A stretch of DNA of 64,000 nucleotides from positions 2,503,172-2,567,171 of the forward strand of contig NW_002060945.1 of assembly GCF_000150275.1 (NCBI RefSeq), in the 5' to 3' direction. Under the pieces are notes generated by a model, which did not search any database, had not been told where the DNA came from, and worked only from the letters and a program-made list of their open reading frames with translations. Origin of the DNA: Trichoplax adhaerens (taxonomy: Eukaryota > Animalia > Placozoa). Positions 28,333 to 42,268 of the stretch are shown piece after piece (positions within the stretch are counted from its first letter, which is position 1; the number at the start of each line of letters is the position of its first letter). Both the position numbers and the translations under genes were made by a program.

Positions 28333-31300
28333 TATATTACGGATGGAAGCCAATTATTATTGTCAGCTGATAAAAATTCGTGTTCGGACTTGCCAAAAGG
28401 AGCAATTACGTGGGTAGACCTCTTAGTTAAAGCTATTAAAAATATACAAAATTATGGGAGTTATGATTACGAATGTAACATTTAGATGTAGTTATATTCA
28501 ACAAAATAATATGTATGCGAGTTTGCTTATTAATGAAACAGTGTGGATAATCGGGAATGTCAAATATTTGATTAGTATAAACTGCGAAGAATGAGAAAGA
28601 AAAAGTCCACCAATATGCAGGGCTGAAAATTAATTCGTTGATAAATAAGCCTTTAACTGTTAATCTTATTCTTTTATCGCAGCAGGTACATTCACAGTAT
28701 GATACAAAACACTAATGAAATGATAATTACCAAATATAAGGTAGTATAAAGATCGCTTGATGTTGCATTTTTAAAATCTAGGTTAGTATATTTTATTCAG
28801 TTAAAAGACACATTCTTGTAGTATACCGACCAAGTTTCGTTTGATCAGCAGCTCCATGGTGCATTACATTGACGAAAAAAAGTTACGTGACTGAAAAATT
28901 CTAAGGCTTACAAGCATAAAGCTTTATATCAACTCAAACGCGACTTGCAAGAATTACTTCCGCGGCTAGTCCACAAATTTATGATTATAATCTATTATCA
29001 TATCATATGCCTGAACGATATTTAAATGCGTAGGAATTATTCATAAGAGGTTTCGAAATTGCCTCGAATATTAATTATTATTTTGAAGGATAACGGCTTT
29101 AAAAACTAGAAAGTAGTACAAGATGATGTTATGCAGTAGAAGATCTTAGATAATTTAGCAACGACGCAGATGGAAAAATAGTTAGATGTTTCATATAACA
29201 GCTCAAAATATATAGCTTCGTAACCCTACTCATATCGTCTAAAATAGCGTATTGTCGAGTAAATCTAGTGTTAAATACTTCTAAAGAAAATTTTCAAGAA
29301 CATCCATTTACCTAGAAGTTTATAACAACCAACTAATAGAGTTCAGTAAATAAAGCCGAGAGTACTAATAAGTAAATTCAAAAAATTGAATTAAACTGGG
29401 TATCAACACAATCAAGAAGAACGAAATAACTTTTTAAATGTACTTTATATATATTAAATTATTAACTTGTATGAACAGTTACCAGTTTTGCAACTGCGAA
29501 TTTTATCAATAATTTTGGTGAAAGAATTAGTATATACTCATAAAGCTACCCTTTTTATGAATTACTTGCGTCTAAACTTAGTAAACACAGCTAAGATGAG
29601 CTTGTAGTTCATACCGTACTATAACGTAAGAATCTAATCAACTTCATGGACAAGGACTATACGTGTATGATAGATTATTTTTAAAATTTTTATTCTTAAA
29701 AAAAAAAATACTATAAAGTGTACATTTTAACGAGTATTATATTTTGAATACTAATTTCATAATAGCGAGGTATTGCAGTTCCATTAATTACTTATTTTAA
29801 CAGCAAAATATATTTCAAGAAGTTATACTTACCACAGAAAGTGAAAAAGCGAATAGCAAGATATTACTTAATGAACAAATGCAGCATGTAATGCCAAGAA
29901 ACCTCAATTTGAGGCTTTTTCGGCTTACCTTTATATTCGTTAAAGGTGCGCAGCTACGATAAGATCCACTAACAATTTTCAGAGTTAAAGACCACTTTCT
30001 AAATATTATCATAAGAATATCCTACGCCCTGGGGGTAAATTGTTATGCAACTAAATCAATTAAACAATAATGCTCGAAGAATAGTAGACATAGATTAGTG
30101 ATATAATTTGTTATGGCATGATTTGGAATGAAATTATCCAAGACATAGCAAGAATTTTGAATGTCTAAAGTACTCATAGTTGTAATAGAGTTAAGGAATT
30201 CAACAATATAATAAATAGCATTAGGTCATTTGCTGCGATTGTATTTACGAAGGCTAATGAAACTAAACTTTAAACAATTATTTAACAGAATCATCATCAA
30301 TAGAACAGATTTTAGGGTTCAAATTAGCTTATTTATATATGTTGTATAGATCAATGATGTAGAACATAGCAAAATAGAATTTTTCTTTGATTGTTTCACG
30401 TAATTATGGTACTATCAATTCGGAGTCAACCTCTCACTTGCCAAATCGTTAAGGTGTTACAAAGGTGATATAATTTACTTATCTAGCATTATATTGTGAA
30501 TGTTTTAATTTGCATTAGGTCCTTCATTGGCTTCCAATAGTTACTACTTCCCCTTTACCCCTAATAGAGCTATTGTTTAAATTATTACTTTCAGTAATTC
30601 AATCTAGCTTTTTATTACGTTAAAGGTAGCTATAACATCGCAAATCAGGTAAGCCATGAATCACTAAAAGAAGTAGGCAAGGCAACGATGTCTTAATTCA
30701 GACTACGAAAATAGCCAAAGTAAAAACCGGATCAAAAGTTGACATTCCTAGGAGGCCAAATATTATCGGGAGAACAAAAATATACCGTAATTTCACATTT
30801 AATTTTGCATCATCATTTCAATATCAAAATGAACACGTAAGTAAATACATAGCAGGCAAAACCCGGAAATGTAATTATCATTTTACAATTAGGAAGAGAG
30901 CATTAATTAATCAAACCTCAACTTCAAACCTGCTTTGTTATAAAATTGAAGATATCATAGTTAATAATGACACTTGATTAAATATATTAAGCTATTGTTT
31001 CTTTTTTTAAATTGTAACCAGAGTTCAATGTCGTCTATACTCTGTTCAAGTTGAGTCGATAGTTAGCTAATTACTTGTGTACGTGAGCAGATGAACTTCA
31101 ATTTGTTGAGCGTATATCTATATCAAAATATTGTCGCTAATTCTTTTTTTCTTACTACTTTCATGATCCTGTAGAAGCCGAATAGATAGTCTAGTCCGTA
31201 AACTACACGTTCACCATGTATTATAATTCAATAGATCAGTAAACGAGTTCAGTTTTGGGATGTTCCATGCAGTACCTATTCAAGCGGCGTTTTTCCATTA

Positions 31301-32159
31301 GCACATGCAACAAAAATCTTGCGGTCACTATTATGCACAATACAAGGAATAGGTAGTCCTAATCATATAGTTCGAGGCCGTACATTCAACAGATGTCATC
31401 AATGTGCGTAATAATATTGAATAGAAATAGGCTGCACTGTATGATACTTCTATTTGCTGGATTATTTCCAAGGCAGATGACATTGTGTTGCATTTACAGA
31501 AATTGTGTCGTTGCATTATTTAATTATTAAATCATACTGTCATACGACCTTCGCAAGGATACAAAAGTGTTCACAGCATATTACCGGAAGGAAATTGTTT
31601 GATTGATGATAGATACAGTCTTACATATTGAAGTTGAGACACAATATATATTTCAGATATTGACAGTGCTTTATGATTATGATTTGCATACGCTGTCATA
31701 AATACTTATGATGCGACTTCGTCAGGATAGAAAAGTGCCAAAAGCAAATTTCTAGAAGCTGTAGTTCAGTTCGAAATCAGCTACGATTAAAATAATAAGA
31801 TTGAGGTTGAACGTTTGATTACATAATATTTACAGCATGCACTGTGATATATGTGTGCCTTTTCACGGCTGATATATTAGGATTTGTTGACATTATAGAT
31901 TACGCTAAGTACAGTAGATTAACATTCATCATGACCCTTTAATTAATTAGAAGCGATTGTCAATTATACAGTGGATCATACATTATTATATTGAACTTGA
32001 TTTGGTGATTTAATTGGCAAAATGTAAATATGTTGCTAAAAATAATATTAGCATCATCTGATACATAGAAATTGTGGATTCTGTTATGTTAAGTTTGACA
32101 GTTGTAGACTGACGGTGGATAGTCTTTGGTATTGCTAGACGAACCAAGTTTATGCATTA

Positions 32160-32890
32160 AAGTGAAATATTACCGGAAATACTAGTTCTTGTTTTGATAT
32201 TTGAAAACTTTTACCATGGAGGAAATTGTTTACTTGGTTATTATCATAATAGATATCGTTCTGCACTTTTAAATGGGGTTCACATACCTTAGATAACAGT
32301 ACGCAACAGCTGTTAGCTTGGATAAGCGATCCATGACATAATAAATTTTATTAGCACATCAACTAGAGCCAGCTGATTTACATAATGTTTGTATTCGTCT
32401 GGTCATCATGTCAATTGATTCTCTTCCACCATAATTAATTGATAACATAAAATACGATTTATGCATAGGATGAATACGGAGGCGTAGAGTATTTGTCGCA
32501 GGTAGTGTTCTAAATTTATCGTGATTAACTGAGAATTTACGAATAAGATTGACTGAGTACCGTATTAAAATAAAGCAAGTTTCGGCGCTGGTGAAGTACC
32601 TCAACAACGTCTTAAAGTTGCTCGTGTATTCCTACAGTAATTGTCAAACATACAACTGATTACTACATAGATTATAAGCTATTATATAAACTATAGCATG
32701 CATACATAGATTTCTAATTCTCTGTTGTAAATCAGTAATCACTTGCAATTTAAAGCTGTTATTGACGATGATATACTCCTTCTAGTGCTACTCTTAATTC
32801 GAGGCAGCGTCTACTTTGTACCTTGCTACTTATTTGACTCATGATGGGCTGATACATATTATAATCAATTAGCACAATTTAAAGTGGGCG
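32160..32890 (+). pseudogene. Possible decayed ABC-transporter nucleotide-binding-domain relic (ABCD-like)
   Basis: Ordered fragments ITGNT (32169), LEPADLHNV (~32362), FGAGEVPQQRLKVARVF (32581, signature-like), AVIDDD (32755, Walker-B-like), interrupted by stops. Confidence 0.25.
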
Positions 32891-34451
32891 TATAGCGTGA
32901 ATTTGTAATATTTTTCTTGCAGCATAACAAAACTATCCGCTTTTAATATCGTTTCTACCACTATAAATCGCTAACTGGTCAATTCTGATGAAGTTCCTAT
33001 AGACCAAGGAAATTTTACGACTCTAACGAGTAAAAGATTCACTACTAATAAAATTCGCTGATCGACGGATTGCTATTGCTACTTTAAGAAACGACCACGC
33101 ATAAGAAAATGATAAAAAAATTCCACGTAATTCACAAGCTTTAAAACAGTGAAACTCTCAAAAGCCGCTGCACTACTCATTTCATGCTATATCATTATGG
33201 GATCCTGAGCAATTTCATAATTTTTTATTGCAAAAATTATTATGCAGCTTACATAGCACTGGGTAAAAATATTTTTATTTTTCATAACTGGTAGGAGGAG
33301 TTCCTTCAAACTGGGCAATAATGTAGAGTAGTGCTGTACTGAACACTCTTCTAATTTTTCACACCGTTTACTATCAATGAAGAATGGCCAACAGTACTAT
33401 AATTTACCAGCTGCATCCAATCAGATCATTAAACAAGGACTGTATTAGTATACTGTTTAAAGTATGAACGATCAAGGTTGATGATACCGAGATCGTAAAT
33501 TGTTGCATTAGTAAAATAAATTTTATAACAATTACGATTTAGCTAGAGTTGGAAGTAATGCAGTTTCGCTAGGAAGGCCCTGACAGCTCACTAGCTTACT
33601 AATCCGTCATTATTATTTGGTAACACCCTATTCATGACGAGCCGCTGGTTTAGCCTCATTATTAACCTATGTGTACATTAGCTGATGAGGTCAGTAAAAT
33701 AATTTGATTGTTTACTTTTGTCCTCTTCAAAGCAAATTTTCCTTTTTAACTTCGCGTCAAATTATTATTTGCGCGTACGATGTAGAGATAAAAGACAAGT
33801 AGAGTTTTAGCTCTATTTCATGTTCAAAGAAAATTAAGTAAAGATTACCGCATCAATAATTAAAATTAATTAATCCATACCCCAAAGGTAAAGCTTGGGC
33901 GTGGAATTTGCACACAAAATTTTCTTTTATCTCTTATGTGAATATAGCAGAGATTGATTTTATACCATTGATGCTGATGTATTCCATATAGTTGTTATAA
34001 TAGTATGGCTACGTTAATAATAAGTTATAGCATAGGCTTTCCTGTATTCAATGCTTATTGCAAGTACGTGTATATGCAGTACAACTGAGCAACAAGGTAG
34101 TTACGTTTACTTATATAAATTTACTAGTAAACCCTATCTTATCGGAACGACTCAGTATGATTTTATTTATACGCTATCTACATTCCACTGCTAATTATTC
34201 CTGAGTCTGAGAAATTGCAAATATGTGAATAATTGTATCGAAGGGTGATACAGTCATAATACTTTGTATAACAGTTGTAAAAGACTTGATAAAACTTTAT
34301 TAAAAGCTACTTAGGTACTGCTGTGCTGGGCGTGGCATAGCAACTGAAGTATTCTTTTTTATTTGTCGGAAATGGTCACAATATAATTAGCAATTTAGCC
34401 GGGACTTTTGTAGTCTCTATTAATAGAAAATGACTAGTGGCATGTGCACTA

Positions 34452-34489
34452 GAGACCCTAAAAGGATTCAAGAATACTTTTAGGGTCTC
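34452..34489. repeat. Hairpin (13-bp perfect inverted repeat)
   Basis: gagaccctaaaag (34452-34464) / cttttagggtctc (34477-34489). Confidence 0.8.
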
Positions 34490-34626
34490 CTGTACGCTGT
34501 ACAAGCAGCACAACCGGTGTCTGAGAAAAAAATAATAATAATTCACCAGAATTTACCGGGGAAAAGTTCCAAACAAAATTTCGAAGTTTTTAATTGATTT
34601 ATCGATCTAATGCTTATAATAATTAA

Positions 34627-34880
34627 TTAACCTTAAGTCACGGACTATTTCCTGACAAGCTTGCTAGTCTAACGTAAAGCACTTACCTTGAGTTGCTTCT
34701 ACAGATTACTACCCTAATCTGCCGAAAGATCTAATAAGAATATAGTAGCGCTACCATAACGCCTAAGAACTATCCTTCTAAAAGTCTCACAACTATACTA
34801 TAACACTGAAATACTGTCTGCAACAATACTTTCTTTAACTCTATAATGTAGGTAACGTAGTGCCGTAACACTTTAATATA
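34627..34880. repeat. Dispersed repeat family A, copy 2
   Basis: Colinear with 4663-4943, same orientation, with one internal indel; both copies begin TTAA-CC(C/T). Confidence 0.85.
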
Positions 34881-35677
34881 CAACGCAATAAATTGCTAAG
34901 AGCAACACTTAAACCGTTGAAATTGTGGTACTGTAATGATGTACTATCAATGATTAGGATATTAGCAAACATTGCCCAATTATTTTTCGATGATATATGG
35001 GTTCAATTATTGATGATAATCAATAAATAATTGACTTGTAAGCAATGTAAGAAACTGCCTAGAGCAAACTCCAGTCGTTCACACTTTTTATAGTATTATG
35101 ATGCACTACGTATGATCAGGATAACAACAAACAAATTTTCATTAATTTGTTTTAAATGACTACTTGTTACAATGGCGATCATACAAAACTTAAAACAACG
35201 TAGTAAACTAGTAAGAGCAGAACGAAGTCATCAAAGCTCTATCATGTAGTAATTATGACCTGCCATAACGAGATTTTAGAGTAAAGGAATGTGATTGTAT
35301 TCTTTAGCTCTGGGCACACGTTAAATGGACTTAAAATGATTGAAACTTATGTGTATAGTGTGATCACGGATATTACCAAACATAATTTTTGTTAAATGAC
35401 TTATCGGTACAATCAAGATTATAACTTATGAATATAATGAGAAACTGCTAATAAAAGAATGCTTTCGATGTAGCAAATTTTTAAAAGATAAATCGCCTCT
35501 CCGATCTTAGGCCAGAGAAGGGGGCTCGTGCAAATGTCAGCAAAAACAGTATTGTAGTATTTCCACTGCAGTCTAATGATCGAGCAACTGCAACTGTACA
35601 GTATACTGTAAACGGAGCTACTGATACAATGCAAAAGATATACTATCATAATGTAGTGAAATATTTACTTATTTTAC

Positions 35678-36094
35678 TGTCACACACCACTAGTGACAAA
35701 GTAGTCTACACACGCCAATCCTTGCGGAGAACGCCACTTACTAACTTAAAGAGGCGAGATTAGCTATATCACCAAATAATTCAGTTCCAACAACCGAATA
35801 CTATGGTATAATTATAGCGTCACAGATGATGTAGACGAGATAGTCAGAGATTTACTATCATTTATTACTGAAGGAATCTTGGCACCCAAGATTATAGTCT
35901 TCACAATTAAATATCAATTGAAAACTAGTTGACTATCTAACCGACTAACGAACTAAAAAGGAATCTTCAGGCATCAGCCTTTTATAGTCTCGTCAGAAAC
36001 TCCTGGTGCACATAATATAAAAGTATCCTTTTAAAGTTACACAAGCAATATTTAATATTACTCAATAATTAGGACGAGCTTACGCATCGTAACA
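35678..36094 (-). mobile_element. Solo LTR of an LTR retrotransposon (417 bp), 5-bp TSD TTTAC
   Basis: Termini TGTCAC...GTAACA (TG..CA inverted ends); tttac at 35673-35677 and 36095-36099. On the minus strand, TATAAAA at ~35980-35986 and AATAAA at ~35861-35866. Near-identical to 51381-51673. Confidence 0.85.
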
Positions 36095-36669
36095 TTTACA
36101 ATCACTAGAAGAAATCTTCAGTTGTAATTCTTCTTTCATGGCTCAAATCTTTATTGTGATTACGAACAACTGGGTTACAGTTTGTTAGCGTTGATGGATA
36201 TACTTGTAGGTTCTTGATAATTTTAGCACGATATATCTCACTACTGCGAGCAGCAGCATGCTGGCAGTAGTGTCTACACATCTTTAACATACTTATTAAC
36301 TGCCAGCTTTAATGGCATACTTGTAGAGTCTTAATAAGTAGCACTATAGGTCTCACTACTACAAGCAACAGCATGCTTACTAAATTTATATTACCTAAAC
36401 GTGATTCGCATTTGTAGGACAACGCCTGCATTATTCGAAGCCATTCACTTTTTAAATGATCTTCTCTATCATCTCAATATCGCATATTGATGCTGTAAAC
36501 GAGGATATTAGCATAAGGGGTAGAGAAAAATAGAATTGATTGCCAGCTTACTCGATTATCTTCTATAGGTTAGATAGAAACAATACAACAACTAAAATAG
36601 ATTCAACAATCTTAATCATTAATCCAGAGCAGAAATAATGACTCTCAGATTAGTCTCAGCGTACAGTAC

Positions 36670-36808
36670 AGTATATATCATTTTTATGATAGTAGAATAC
36701 TTCAGATCCAGAATAAACTATCACTTTATTCTTAGCTACAGCAAATATATCATTATTATGATAGTATTTCATTCTTAGATCTAGAATATACTATCACTGC
36801 ATTCTCAA
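36670..36808. repeat. Diverged tandem duplication, ~70-bp unit x2
   Basis: atatatcatt..tatgatagta..agatc.agaata.actatcact..attct occurs twice (36670-36739, 36740-36808). Confidence 0.75.
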
Positions 36809-37681
36809 TGTCTGTGAAGCGAAATTTTAGTTACATTAATTGTTGTGCCGTTTATCGGGATGGAGTATCACAGTACTGCCTGCATGCGTAGCTTATAGAG
36901 TTTATTTAGTTGGCTGTATCTGTTAGTTACTGATACCAAACTCTTGTATCTATCATACAAAGATTATCATTCTTATAAAGACTTCCAGTCTGTATCAATT
37001 TTATTTGAGATACTAATTAAATAAATGTACTACATATTCGACGGCAACTACTGCAGGACAAGCGTTGACCTGCATTTCTCTTGATTATAAAGTTGTCTAT
37101 CTACATGAGTGAACTTCCTAAAGTCATGGTACTATGGTAGGGTACTCAGCAATTAGCACTTAGCCGGTAAGGTTAGGTTCAAAAGGCTATACTATTCCAG
37201 ATTTTAATCTATTTACAGTGAGATTAAGATTAATTGCAACAAATATTCATAATTGTATGTAATACAATTATACAGACAATGGTGGAATTATCTATATGTT
37301 ATATTATCAAAATACTTACCCGGCAATTTAGTAACTTAAATATCTGTATAGTTCGACACTGCCATGATACAAAACGATCCGTTTACTGTTACAATTAGAA
37401 TCCTATAAGAGGAGAGTCCAAAGACTTCTTCGGCATTGCCTTATACGATCATTCGATTACTGTGCTACACCACTGCAGTACATTGCTGTACTATACTTCT
37501 TTTGCTTCGCCAGTTCTCTTGATCTCTTCAATATTAGCCATTCTATGTCATACTGTAATGTCAGCTATGTTCCCTACAAACATTGATACAGTTTTCCTTC
37601 TTCAGTAGTCTCTAGAATATGTCTGTATATACAAACTGCATGAACTAGTAATATTATAATTAATCCCGTTCCTGCTCTACA

Positions 37682-37717
37682 AGATAGAGGTGAGCTTAGG
37701 TGAGTTCACCTCTATCT
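37682..37717. repeat. Hairpin, 15-bp stem with one G-T pair
   Basis: agatagaggtgagct (37682-37696) / agttcacctctatct (37703-37717), loop taggtg. Confidence 0.75.
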
Positions 37718-37749
37718 CCTACAATATACTGGCTACCATAGGCTATTGG

Positions 37750-40503
37750 AAGCAAGCCATTCTTCTTCACTACGCTAACTGCCATACCTACTATCTATTA
37801 AAAGCAAGTTTACAGTCTTGAAATATGGACGATAATGTAGCACCTACAGTATTCAGTGTCTCTATAGTCACAACTAGCAGATGTTGGCGAAAGCAGTTGA
37901 GCAGCATACTAAAAACTGCAAGGGAGCAAAAACTATATTTACAGTATTCGATGTCAATGTGTGTATAATTATATACGATATGGACCACTGACATGAATAC
38001 TTACTAGAATAATACACAAGCACAAAATACTAGTAATTGCATTTTAATTGGTTTTAATTTAAAAATATTCTCCCCAGCTAAATGGCTGTATTCCGAAAGG
38101 TACAACCGTTATGCGTATTTCAGTTATACCGTAGTGCTGTACAAAAATTCAAGAACTCCAAATCCTAGTGATGAGCTATGATTTTAGAAGGATAAATACT
38201 GAAGTTAGCAATATTAAATAGCAAACCAGAGAATTAGTATACAGTAATTATTGCACCGAAAAGACGTCCCTCCTGTGCGATAAATGAAAAGGAACTGTAA
38301 TAAATCTACAATTGCGATATTAAGCACAACCGACTGTTCTATCTGATATAGTACTTTACTTCTTATTGCTATCGCGCTTTCAAAATACATAACTGCTGCA
38401 GTTAGTTACGATCACTAAAGAAATGAATCAAGCTCGCAGCCAAACCTCATTTGACTATCGGTAGTGCAGTTATCCAATTATGCGTATTTACTGATAAAGT
38501 CTCACTGTGTTCGTGATCTTTCTACTATTACAAAGTGATATCACCTGAACTTTTTCTTTTTATTGCTATCTTATTAATAAAGCTGAATGTCTGCTGGTAA
38601 AAACAGGAGGGTGGATTTTGTAGTTAGTCTATAAATTAATGATAAACACTATCATAGCTCCATTGTAATACAGTCCTCAATAAGGTCATGATGACAGATT
38701 AGATTAAATAAATGGGAGAGTATTTATATTATCTCCTCAAATTCAGATGGTCATTGATACAGAAGAAAACTGATTGAGGCAGCAAAGCCAAGTTTGATTA
38801 GAAATCAAAGCCTTATCATACTACTTTTAAGACACTTTTCAGGTCCACTTAAATCATATTTCAATATATTCTCGTATTTACAGCACACATATAAATACCG
38901 TGGAATCAACAGGTGCATATGATCCATGTTCTAATCCGGTCATAAGTAACTTAAAAATTAGATGTTGCAGTTTTTCAACCCTGCCCTTTAAGAATTTAAT
39001 ATTGTCTATGCATACGTGTGATACTAATTGAAGTTATTTATGAGTTCATAAAGAGAGTCTGCAGTACAGCTCGATGCTACTGAGTATTCATGCATCGTCA
39101 GGAGGTTACTGCAATCACAACTCTCATCCAGCTTAACTGTAGCAAGTAAATATTTATTTTGATTTACACATCCATTTCAATTTTGGAACCATACAACTAA
39201 TAAATAATTAAATTAGAAATCAGATGATGTCTTCTTTTTACAAAATACCGTAATAGAATTTCTTCCGTAGGGCAACAAGCTAAATTAATAATCTTTACTA
39301 TCATTTTGATACTACGATTGGAAATCTCTTTACTCTACTACTAATAGAATTTCTTTATACAGGTAATGATTACATCTACAATAATATTGACTATAAAGAA
39401 AAGTTAAAAAATCTACATTCATTGCAGGTATAATGATGTCTGATATTCCATTGAGCTATATTATATCCTATATACTTACTTAACAGGCTTACAGAACTAT
39501 TTTAATATAGGAAGAGTGAATAAGCTAACCTACCATTACATAAAGTGGGTAAATTTCTTGAAGAATCGGATTGCTACTAGCAACAGACCAGTAGAAATCA
39601 TAACAAAAGCTTAATAGCAAGGATGAATACAGAACTGAAAATATGTCATACCTATTTTAAATTAAATCACAGACTGGAAGACAACATTATTAACGAGAGC
39701 TTATAAGGATTACAGATCTATTACAAGCATATAAAAGCAATCAAATACTACGTATCCAGTCAACGCTCAAACGCATATTGGAGATAATGATACTGTTCAG
39801 AATTCAGTATCTTAAGCTAATGAATGAACTACGAGTACATTTCTTGCTAAGGAATGTTAAAACGATACTGTCAGTAGTTCGTACGAACTACCGTGAAGAA
39901 ATAGCTATCTAAATTTGGCGAATATAATATAGTGATAATATATTACAATTAGTTACTTACAATAGGAATTACTCTAGTTATAAATGTGTTACAGTAAATT
40001 TAATGCTGTGTTGTAATGTGCACTGAAATGATTCTGTGAATGGACATGTTGTAGTTCGACTGTTAAAAATTAGTTAGTAGATGTTCTCACCTAAGTATTT
40101 TTATAAGATGACTCATGAATGTTAGCTGCTGTAGAAGGGTATATAAGCCGGCCAGATAGTTGAATAAAGTAGTTTTCAATTGTCTAATTGAGTTTAACGT
40201 AGAATCAAAGGCGTCTAAATTCTTGTGAGTAGGGATACTGAATCCGCAGATTTTTAAAGATTTAGAGATTTATTTTACGTTATCCTTGTCACGAAGCTGG
40301 TTTGTGACAGATACAGAAATCGCAGCGAATGTATTCACTATAACTAAGATTAATCTAACAATACTGAAGAGACTTTTGAATGCGAAGGAGTTATTAAATA
40401 TAAAATTATCCAGTTGAGGCATCGGGTCTGTGCTTAATGCTGTCATATCAATGATTGCATCCATACAGAAAGGTAGAGATATTACGATCTGCAGTAATAT
40501 CAA
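37750..40503 (-). pseudogene. Possible decayed LRR-containing GPCR (LGR-like) relic
   Basis: Signal-like MILLQIVISLPFC (ORF 40503); LRR-like NSIRQLKTTLFNYLAGLYTL (~40194-40135), PQLDNFIFNN, LKILN..YAFER, RNSISS; then a class-A TM2-like SVVLNIAIVDLL (~38333-38298) and hydrophobic stretches to ~37800. Riddled with stops. Confidence 0.4.
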
Positions 40504-42268
40504 GCGAATAATCTCTACGATATTAATTTGATTCTCACGACTGCAAGTTAAACTTAAAAAATCTCCTTTATTTTCACCTTACCAACGAGCAACTTAATGA
40601 CTTATTCAAATTTAACATAAGCCGAAATCTTCCCTTTTTCTCTATCGTATCTCCTTTTTATACCATTATAGTTAATACATCAATACTCTATAATTGTTAA
40701 GTTATTTTTAAGGTTAGTTAATAAAACCACGACAACACTAAATATGTTTTAACACATAATCTCACGACAGTAATTACCCCTAAAATGGTGAACATAACCA
40801 GTAATAATTCCTAATATGGAAATCAATTGAACATAACATTGGTCATCATTCGTTTTGACGTAGAATAAACAGGAGGTTTCTAAGTAAGGAGGAAGGAGAT
40901 ATTCGTATAAGTATATTAACAGTAGTTGGCAATAAAGAGAGGGCGAAGACAACTCCTGCTTCATAATAAATCACTTTGCAATTGGATGATAATTTTTCAA
41001 CCTTGTCACAAGAATTTGAGAAATTTTACATTGTATTAGTAATGAGTAGTAACTCAAGATTTTAAAGTGTCCTTGGAGTAGTGGATTGCAGACATGTTTT
41101 AATATTTATTATGAAAAATAGAGGATATGTTGACGTCAGAAAGTAGGGAAAGCATCTGTTCGTGGATGCCCAATCCTGCGATTGACATCCTGCTGTTCAT
41201 AACCGTGAACTACAAGTCTTTGCGATATTTATAGCATTAGATTTCTTCATTTTGAAATCATATATTTATAATCTCTTAAACATGTAGAATAAAGTTGAGG
41301 AGCTGACGTGATCATAGCGGTAAGAGTATTAGACAAAGAAGTTTAACTTATATGTATTGTACTACTATACCCTCTAGGTAGTGTAATCTATAATAAAATC
41401 AATCTGCTGGTTCATTAATGAGTAAAATGAGATAACTAACAATAATTAATAGATTAGTGGCTAGATATGGAGACAGCGATTAAAATACGCGTATATTTAC
41501 ATTTACTATCCAAGCATTTTAGATCTTCCACTTTCTTTATTAGCCATGGTATATTTCGTGGTAATAAAAGTTATATGATTCAGTACTTATGTAGGTAGTA
41601 ACATAATATCATAAAACAGATTGCTTAGGAATAGTAATACTTTGGTGACTAATTTCTCATCAAATATAAATTCAAATGTGAAATATTTCTCAGTACAGTA
41701 ATCAAATGTGATGTCAAAGTGTATAAACAAGAAATTCGTCGAATTAAGATAGCATCCTTTACCAAGTACAACGAATATTATAGCAGTCCAAACTTTAGAA
41801 AAGCAATCTGACATCACCGTTTACGGATATGCCTCTTACTGTTCTATTAATATTTAGATTATCATCAATGGAATATTTATTACTTTAAATCCAGTAATTA
41901 TTTCACGTTATTATGTATAGAGATCCTGTATTTGATAAGTCATTAATTTCGCTTAAAGTAAATAAACTAAATTCTTTATCAAATGAATAAAATTATTCAT
42001 AAATGCATTTTTAAGTAATAACTAGCCACTACCCATGGCAATAAAAGAATTACTGTGTCTCTCTATAGTCACGAGCGTGCGATTATCATAAATCATACTG
42101 TCATAAAATAGTTCAAATACCATGGTTTGTAGTCATAATTTTGTAACGAATTGCGTATAAATATAATTGATGTACGGATTCTGGTGAAATCTTATCAATT
42201 TTGCTATTTTTGAAATTAGCGAAAAAGCAAATTTTAATCAACTTCGATAACTAATCACACGTTCTAAA

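Noticed and set aside
28333-28353. ORF-track start of CaRF at 28353
   Set aside because: This is a TTG codon directly after stops; the first ATG is at 28332.
29815-30012. Hydrophobic 65-aa minus-strand ORF
   Set aside because: No family motif; hydrophobic ORFs arise by chance in AT-rich DNA.
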